From Kudoa neothunni (lineage: Eukaryota > Animalia > Cnidaria): 64,000 nt of DNA. Position numbers and translations under genes: made by a program. The notes beneath the pieces were generated by a model. It searched no databases, was not told the DNA's origin, and saw only the letters and a list, made by a program, of their open reading frames with translations. Location of the stretch: positions 5,073,200-5,137,199 of the forward strand of contig OZ199840.1 in assembly GCA_964304625.1 (NCBI GenBank), written 5' to 3'. This document shows, piece after piece, positions 56,236-64,000 of this stretch. Numbering within the stretch: the stretch's first letter is position 1; every line of letters starts with the position of its first letter.

Positions 56236-57163
56236 TTAAAATTCAAATGTAATTTTTTCGACTTCCAATTCTTTAAGATCAGGGGAATTTAGGAGTGATT
56301 TCACGCTATCAAGCTTTGGACTGCCTAAATTACAATCAAGACGAATACATTATACAATTTTATTAGAAAAATACATTAAATTACATTATAAAATATTTTT
56401 TAATTAATCCAGGAATTTATACCTTGTGTTGGTGGATCAGGAGGCGGCGGAAAAGTTGATATTTGCTGTCTAGTACACATTTCTGCTATTTTACATTCGT
56501 GTTTCGAGTTGTAAATGCACATTAATTTGCTCTAGAATATAAAATAAATAAAACTTCCTTCATAAACTGATTATATATGTATTTATAACTATATTTATAC
56601 CACCAATCCTTTTAGAATACAGTTCTGATAAAATATTATCTATATATAAATGTAAACAATTATATAAATAATTTAATGATTTTACCACACAAGGGACACA
56701 AGTGACCTTTGGTTTTAACGATATTACTAAAGTATATTTAAGGCATTTAATCGATAATAATATGTATTGACATACGTGTTCCCTTTTCACATTCACCATA
56801 TCGATCACAAAGTTCAGGGTGTTTAGGATATTTATTTATAAATCCAGGTAAATCTTTTCTTGCTTCATCGCATAATGGTTTCTAAAATGAATGAGGGGCA
56901 TAATTCATCACATTTTAACTTTGTTAAATGTGGGAAAATGTTCCGTATTTTCTATTTCGGAAAGCGACATCAATACTAAATGTTCGACTGGGTCGGATAA
57001 CTTTAGCTAAATTATAATATTGGTTGAAAATTATGTATAATTATAAAACGTACCTGAGCGACATTGATGTTAAATAAACATGAAAATACTATATATATTA
57101 CTTATATTTGTGGTAAACTATGTACCAATTACCGAACAATGCAACACAAATGGGGAAAAACAT
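56236..57163 (-). CDS. G11: putative secreted Cys-rich protein of the 8-exon family (closest to G10)
   Basis: Spliced: MFFPICVALF|VFSCLFNINVAQ|LKLSDPVEHLVLMSLSEIENTEHFPTFNK|KPLCDEARKDLPGFINKYPKHPELCDRYGECEKGT|LISLKPKVTCVPCV|IIFYQNCILKGLV|SKLMCIYNSKHECKIAEMCTRQQISTFPPPPDPPTQ|GSPKLDSVKSLLNSPDLKELEVEKITFEF*. Confidence 0.92.
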
Positions 57164-58135
57164 ATCCTTCAATCCTTTTATATGTAAATCTAATTTATCG
57201 CTAAATTCGTAGCTTAAATAGTAGAAAACTGTTTTGTTATGAATAAATAAATTAGATAAGATTAAAATAAAGAATTAATTTCGATATAAGTAATATATAT
57301 CAATTTTTAATTGGTTTATATAATAGTTTATGATAATAATTATGTGATTATCGCAGCTACATTGAAATATATGTTTTTTCGGGATTTATTTGTAATAAAT
57401 TCAACCGGCATAAAAATATTAATTTTAAAATATCTAAAGATAAGTTATATAAAAGAAAAGATTTTACAAATTGATAATCAATAACTATCCTTCACAAAAT
57501 ATAAATATAATTAATATTGATAATTTACACAAAAATTACCGATCCGAAGATAACAATAAAAAACATAGCCGATAAAATACAATGTTATTAATATTATTGC
57601 TATTAATCTTTACATTTTAGTTCAAATCAACACAGTTTTGAATACATTAATTTAATTTTGTATCAGTATGCTTCTTGAAAATATTGATATAAAATATGAT
57701 GCATCATTCCGTACATCGAAAAAATAAAAAATGGCATTATTCGATTAAATAAATAATGATAATTTTAATTATTATTGCAAAAAAGAAAAATTAATACTAA
57801 TATTTTTAAAATCGATTTAGATACACATCTGTTAAATAAACAAATAAAAGTATGTATTTATATGGAATATTATTACGCAAAAGCTACATGTTATGGTATA
57901 CTGAAAAATTAAAATTTAACATGTATCGTTCGTGATAAATTTTTAATATACCAACATTGTTATGATGCTAAATTAATTTCCTAATTTTTTATAAACGAAA
58001 TATCGGTATAAATTACATTTATATAATCACGAATTTAATCATTTTGCATAACGATTCATGTTTCATATTAAAATGTGATAATAATTATTATAATATATAT
58101 AACAACTCATTTCATTGAAAAATATAGATTATAAT

Positions 58136-59520
58136 TACAGTGCAGCATCGCTCGTGCGTAGTACTTAACTTATATTTGACTATGATTGGTTCAGTGACAT
58201 AAAAAATGATATTTTAAGGTTTTAAATCAACTAAATTAATTATTTTTAAATTATTTTAACTATTGTGAATCTGAAAAACATCTTTCGTGCGTATTGTGTC
58301 GATTCTACGTAGTCCAGTAGAAAAAACGATTGTAAGTTACACATCGCCCGTACGTAATCATTAATAAAATGAAGCCTACCATGAAGATAAAGTAGAGAAG
58401 CTTGATTGAAAAATATGAAATTATTCAATTTTAATAGTCTATTCATGAATTGATAAATTCAAAAAGAATGGCGATGGATAAATTCGGTATCAAAACTATG
58501 TCAACATTAAATGCCATTTTTATAAGGAAGGAGGAAATTCTTAAGTCAGGGGCATAGGCCTGCTTAATTGTAGAAGAAAAACTTAATAAAAAGGTGTTGA
58601 CAAAGGTATTTATCGATGGATCCAGGAAACTAGGGAATTGGGGGTGGTTATATCAATTTGGAAAATATTATTGAAAAGACTAGAAGAATTGCATTGGAAA
58701 ATCGTCGTTCTAGTGTTCACCTTAATCGTGGCTGGTTTCAGAAATTTAGAAATCGCTTTAATCTAACATATGTTACCCTTCATGGTGAATCAGCAAGTGT
58801 TCCTACTGAAATAGTCTGAGTGGTAACAAAAGCTAGTCGCTATTCTTGAAAAATAGTCACCTGAAGATATTTTTAACATTGATGACACTGATCCTTTTTA
58901 CCAAAAATACGAAGGTTTATATTGATTAAGTGATCTGTTGGAATTTTATTTGTAGGTAATGGTTATATAACCAGGATGGAAAGTAACGTTAGGAGAACAA
59001 CTAAATAAAGAACCGGATGACTGTTCTTCTTGAATGTTGAATGCCTGGCAAAAAACTTCCTACATTTATTATTGGATAATATGAAAAGCCAAGATGTTAT
59101 AAAGGAGTAACTACATGTCCTTTTCTCTGAGTCGAATCAAAATGGTTGGATGATTTCAGAACTATTTATTAAACATATGAATCACCTTGATCATCTCATG
59201 TCTTATCGAAATAAAAATATCATTGTTTTTCTTGATAAATGCCCAACGCATCTTACATTATAACTTAAAAATATCGATTCATGTTACTTCCCAAAGAGTA
59301 CTACAAGTATACTTGAGCCTTTAGATTAAGGAATCATAAATTCTTTTAAAATTTATTACAAAAATTTTGTATCCCAACGGTTCCTAAACCAATTGGATAT
59401 TGGTATCACTAAGCCGGAACCATTAGATGTGCAGGAGGCAATGTATATGATTTCGGATGCTTAGAACAACTTTAAAGATATTAAAATAACGAATTGTTTC
59501 AACAGATCATTTTTTGCGTT
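58136..59520 (+). mobile_element. pogo/Tigger element with decayed CENP-B-HTH/DDE_1 transposase
   Basis: TA-CAGT end. Fragments NRGWFQKFRNRFNL, TLHGESASV, PEDIFNIDDT, YEKPRCYKGV, WMISELF, IIVFLDKCPTH and FPKSTTSILEPLD*GIINSFKIYY. Confidence 0.9.
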
Positions 59521-60048
59521 TGTGAAAGTTCCATACGACTTCATATCCATCTATTAGTATGTAGACATTTCCTCGGTAATAGTTGGCGATATAATAAAAT
59601 TAAGCATAGTGTTATTATCAAGTGAATCGATATTCTATGAAACAAAAAAGCATATAATATATCTTTTTCAGATAGATGCACTGAATGGTGTGGGTGTGGT
59701 TCAAACCTGCGAGCCAGAGCTTAAAAAACGATGACTCCATACTGCTGTGTTGTTGATCGAACGTTAGTTGACTTTGGTTATAATTCTTATTATTATACCA
59801 ACAATTGAAGAGTTTTCTAAATCTTTAAATTTCATTAAAGGACTCATATTAAAACCAAAGAAAAACAAAAAATTTATAAAAAATTTTATTCCAATATGCT
59901 AAAGCGAATATAAATGGAATAATTAATTGGATTAATTATCGTTAATCTATTGATGATTTAGTTCAAAATAAATACTGGTTTTCAAGGTTCGCATTCTTAT
60001 TTGGATAAAAATTCTTTTTATTTTAACGAGATAAAATCATATTTATAA

Positions 60049-61700
60049 CTAGCTCAAAAGCCCCGCTTCGCGAAGGCTTCCTTGCCCAGCCAAGTAGGCT
60101 AACACCTGGTGCAGACTATAGCCTTTTTGATTTTTAAGTAAATAACGCTAATGCCCAGTTTTGCGTGGTACAGTGTGATGGGAAATTTTAACTTTTAATT
60201 CTATTTTAATTTATGTATTTTAAAAGCTTGTCATTATTTTTGCAATGTGATGATTTAGATAAACGAAATTATGCGCACACTTTCCATTCAAATATAAATA
60301 TAAATAGGGGTATGGGGAGGAATTAATGAGTAATTTTAACTTTATTTTACAAATTATTGGCCGGAAATATTATGACCTTAATTTTATGAGAAATGGAATT
60401 AGCGATTAAAGTTCAATTATTTATGAAACAAAATCATTAAGTAACTTAAATAGGACTTTCAGTTCTTCTCAAAATTTTAAGATAATAATTAATCCTTCTA
60501 GTTATAAAATTTATTATTAGTCTACAAACGATAAAAAAAATAAAGTCAACTTAAGATACCTCCAAAATATAAACAGTAATTGTTACTCCTTATATCGCAA
60601 TTTTATAATGATGCCAATGATGGTTTGAAAAGCTGTGAGCAGTAACTAACGTACTCATTATTGTAACAAAATTTCTCTATTGATAAATAAATCCAACCTT
60701 GCTTTTTATCAAGAATACTTACTGGTTTAAAAATATACACATTTAATTAACAAAATACGATTAAATCAAAAATGTAGAGGTGTTTTTGGTTTGAAAAATT
60801 ACAGTAATATTAAAATATTTAAATATCAACAGGTTATCTTGAAGGAATGCACCCTTTTAAAAATTATCGTACTGTTTGATTGTTTTAAAAAAATTTTCTT
60901 CGTATTGAACTATTCTTAGATTAACGAAAACTTTGTGAAAATATCGGTTAGATCGAATAGACCAATAATTTCTTATTAACTTACACGACACGTATTGAGA
61001 TTGAGAAGGGGCTGTAATTTTCTGCAGCTTTTATATCATAATGAATTAATGCGAGCCTAAAGAAAACAGTATATTGATTTGAATATTAACATCAAGGTCT
61101 GGGTTAAGGAATAATTAGGATATATATAGACACTCAAATTATTCCAAGGTGGCAACAACTTGTTATCTCAAATTGTGTTTTATTTAAGTTGATCATAATC
61201 TATTTTTCTCAACTATATCCATAACGTTTGAAAACAGAAAATACATACAAAATAACTTGTTTATGCTTCAAATTGTAATGAAAATGCGACAACTCTTGTA
61301 ATGTGACGTTAATAGTTTTATTTGTCTCAAAAGTACTCCGAACAGGCAAATGTAAAATTTTTAGAACACTCTACACCATAATTAAGATAATTTTTTTCTA
61401 TATAGTGAGTAAAAGTTCATTTTATTTGGCTATCCATCAGAAATAAACAAATATCAATATTATGCAGGTGTTTTTTAATCTGCTATTTGTGAAGACAACC
61501 AGAAAATTCCTTACTTCTGACTGTATTATTGACTATATTTATACTTCTAAGTGAATGAATGATTTTCATTAATGATTTTATTTATTCAAATACAAACTTA
61601 AAGCCATATTTAAAGAAAATCTCTCCGTGGCACATGTGTACTACTACAAACTGACACACACACACACGGACAGAAATAAGAACTTTATTATGTATATAGA
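60049..61700 (-). mobile_element. Non-autonomous Helitron (~1.65 kb)
   Basis: Minus strand reads A|TCTATATACATAATAAAG ... CTAG|T: 5'-TC, 3'-CTAG, inserted between A and T, no TSD. GC-rich hairpin AGCCCCGCTTCGCGAAGGCT just inside the 3' end; (CA)n tract near the 5' end. Confidence 0.85.
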
Positions 61701-62777
61701 TAAATATATGAGGTTTAGAAAATAATACAACAAATATTCAATGAAATTTGAAAAATTATGTCTTATTTTATGTATAAATTTTTAGTCGATAAATTATAAA
61801 TTTCATTTTTAGATAAAAATGCACTTAATATCAAACTTGAAAATTTTTAATGTAAATTACCAAAAATACATAAATGTAGAAAAAATAGTCAATTCGGGGT
61901 CTTAAATACCACAGTCAGTACCCAGTACCGGTACGGATAATGTAGTTTAGTTTTTATAAATATTGAATTATTTAAACTACACATGCAAAAAATATTATTT
62001 TGCTTTATCAAACATTTCCTTGTTAATTATTTATTTGAAATTGGATATTAATTTAAAAATAATACCATTATTATTTAATATTATTTTTTTCAAATAAATG
62101 TTTAAAATTCATATTTTAAAATAAATAACGTGTATTTTATAAAATAGTACTTCTTTTGCTTATAATAATATATTTTTTATAATAATAACTCCGCATTATT
62201 CCATTTCGTGTTTTAAATTGATAAATCTGATCTAACCATGATTACACATAAGATCAAAAATTACCGTAATTATTGAGTAAATACGTAAATGCTTAATTTT
62301 TTAATGCGGAACCATTAATCTTAAATATTATATTTAGTTAAACCTAACACTATTTTTATATTACCATTAGAAAATTCATAGTTTTGTATTTTTGTAAAAT
62401 TAATAGTCTTATTTTTAATACATTAGAATATAGATAATCGATATAATAAACTATAAATATAACTATATTTATAGTTTATTGATTCTCACATAAAATATTA
62501 ATTAATTTTTATTTATATTAAGGGATCCTTCTTATGAATTAATCAAAAATTCTTTTATAATAATTTTAATTTATTAATTACTACTGATATTGAATAAATG
62601 GGATTAAATAAAATCATTTTTCATAAATAATTTGAGAAATAAAATATTATTCAATATAAGTTTATAATTGTTGTTTTTATTAATGTGATATCATTATAAT
62701 TAATTAAATGTAAATAAAGAAATTATTTCATCTAGAATAACTAAATAATTTTTTGTTAATTTGTAATGTTTTCATCT

Positions 62778-63679
62778 TCAGTTATTGTTGTATATTAATT
62801 CTACTCCTTTGATTTTCAAATCAGGATATAATTGCAGCATATCGGTTATATCTTGTAAAGTATTAGAAATTTTATTTTCACCTATAATGTATATATTAGT
62901 TTACTATAGTATATGTGTGTGTATATATTCAAAAATTACTATGTAATATATTTTGTGGACAAAAGGTATCTTTAATACATTTATGCTTGGCGATTTGATA
63001 GCATATTTTTTCCTCCTTTCGTAAAAAAATTAGAATCAATCATTGAACGATAAGTAATAACGGTATTTTTTAAATTGTCCTTCATTTGTGTGTTGCTAAT
63101 GAACTTTTCTTCTCTAGAATTTTTGTCTCGTGTTGGATCCATGCAAATTAAATGGTTCACTAACTATTAAATATAATAAAACAATTAAATTAAATATTAC
63201 CAAGCAAGGCATACACTCTACAGGTACTAAAACCTCTAAAACTAAAAAGAAAGGCATTAATAAACATATTAATGTATTTCATGCCTTGGTTTTGAGAACA
63301 TTTAAAATGATAAGCACATAGATCATTCGGTTCTGGAAATTTATTTACGAATCGATTTATACCTGTTCTGGCCTCCAACATTACGTGGTTCTTTGGTAAA
63401 TAAAAGTAAAAATTCAAATAAAATAAATTACGAGTTTCTCATCCTCATCGCCATATGAATTATGTATATAAATTAATGCTTGACTTATCTGCATTTGAGC
63501 TGGGATTCGAACCACAAACTGCACTAATTATTGTTAAATTTTTACAACAATTACTTGCTCATGTTTTATAGCAAAAATATTCCCCATCGTACCATAATCT
63601 AACGCAATCACAACTAAAAGTAATCTTATTATTTGTTGTCCGTAAAATAACTACAAAAAACAAAATATATTAAATTCAT
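62778..63679 (-). CDS. G12: putative secreted Cys-rich protein of the 8-exon family with extended exon 6
   Basis: Spliced: MNLIYFVF|FVIALDYGTMGNIFAIKHEQ|FVVRIPAQMQISQALIYIHNSYGDEDEKL|NHVMLEARTGINRFVNKFPEPNDLCAYHFKCSQNQ|VLEVLVPVECMPCL|LVNHLICMDPTRDKNSREEKFISNTQMKDNLKNT|EEKICYQIAKHKCIKDTFCPQNILH|SENKISNTLQDITDMLQLYPDLKIKGVELIYNNN*. Intron 4 requires a GC donor. Confidence 0.9.
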
Positions 63680-64000
63680 TTTAAAATCAATTCTTATTCG
63701 TTTAGTATTTTTATCATCTCCAATTATAATCATTAAATATCTAATTCATTATCTTTTATTTATAATTTAATGCAATATAAATTTTATATCTCATATTTTA
63801 CGGATAAAATAGCTGCAATTTTACCTTATATACAATAAACAATAATGGAAATACATAAAATACAATAATACTACTTTTATAATTCAAATAACTCATTTTT
63901 AATTATTACATTTAAATATTGTTTCAATAGATATTAATTCATTTTAATATTAGATAGGGATATCAATAGCATTGAATTAATATTTATATTCTTGTATCAG

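Noticed and set aside
31420-59329. Alternative nuclear code (TAA/TAG = Gln), suggested by TAA at conserved Gln sites in transposases (N*GERVV at 31420, PLD*GII at 59327) and in G5
   Set aside because: Intact family genes use only CAA/CAG for Gln and several end in TAA right after the conserved tail motif (G7, G8, G10, G11). Other apparent in-frame stops were intron sequence. The transposases are frameshifted relics, where C>T decay explains the TAA.
1-64000. CRISPR arrays, tRNA/rRNA genes, prokaryotic operons
   Set aside because: No regularly spaced repeats or structured RNA genes seen; the sequence is intron-containing eukaryotic DNA.

Overview
Very AT-rich eukaryotic genomic DNA with short (mostly ~35-60 nt, some ~90-130 nt) spliceosomal introns; no prokaryotic operons, RNA genes or CRISPR arrays seen. 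The main content is invisible in the ORF track. Splicing by hand reveals a tandem cluster of 12 paralogous 8-exon genes (my labels G1-G12; 10 on the minus strand, 2 on the plus strand; about one per 5 kb). They encode ~170-220 aa proteins with a hydrophobic N-terminus (probable signal peptide) and a conserved Cys skeleton: C-x5-C / C-x-P-C / C / C-x7-C-x5-C. Intron phases are conserved (1-0-0-1-0-0-1), as is a C-terminal L-x-h-x-x-h-x-h-x-[FY] strand in most members. I do not recognise the family; the Cys pattern suggests a divergent saposin-like fold (inference). The spacers are filled with decayed DNA transposons: several distinct piggyBac elements with TTAA ends, pogo/Tigger and Merlin remnants, a long-TIR element, MITEs and a non-autonomous Helitron. 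A ~3.2 kb direct duplication carries G3 and G5. Several genes carry single-base homopolymer insertions that may be assembly errors. All gene models are manual predictions without transcript support.
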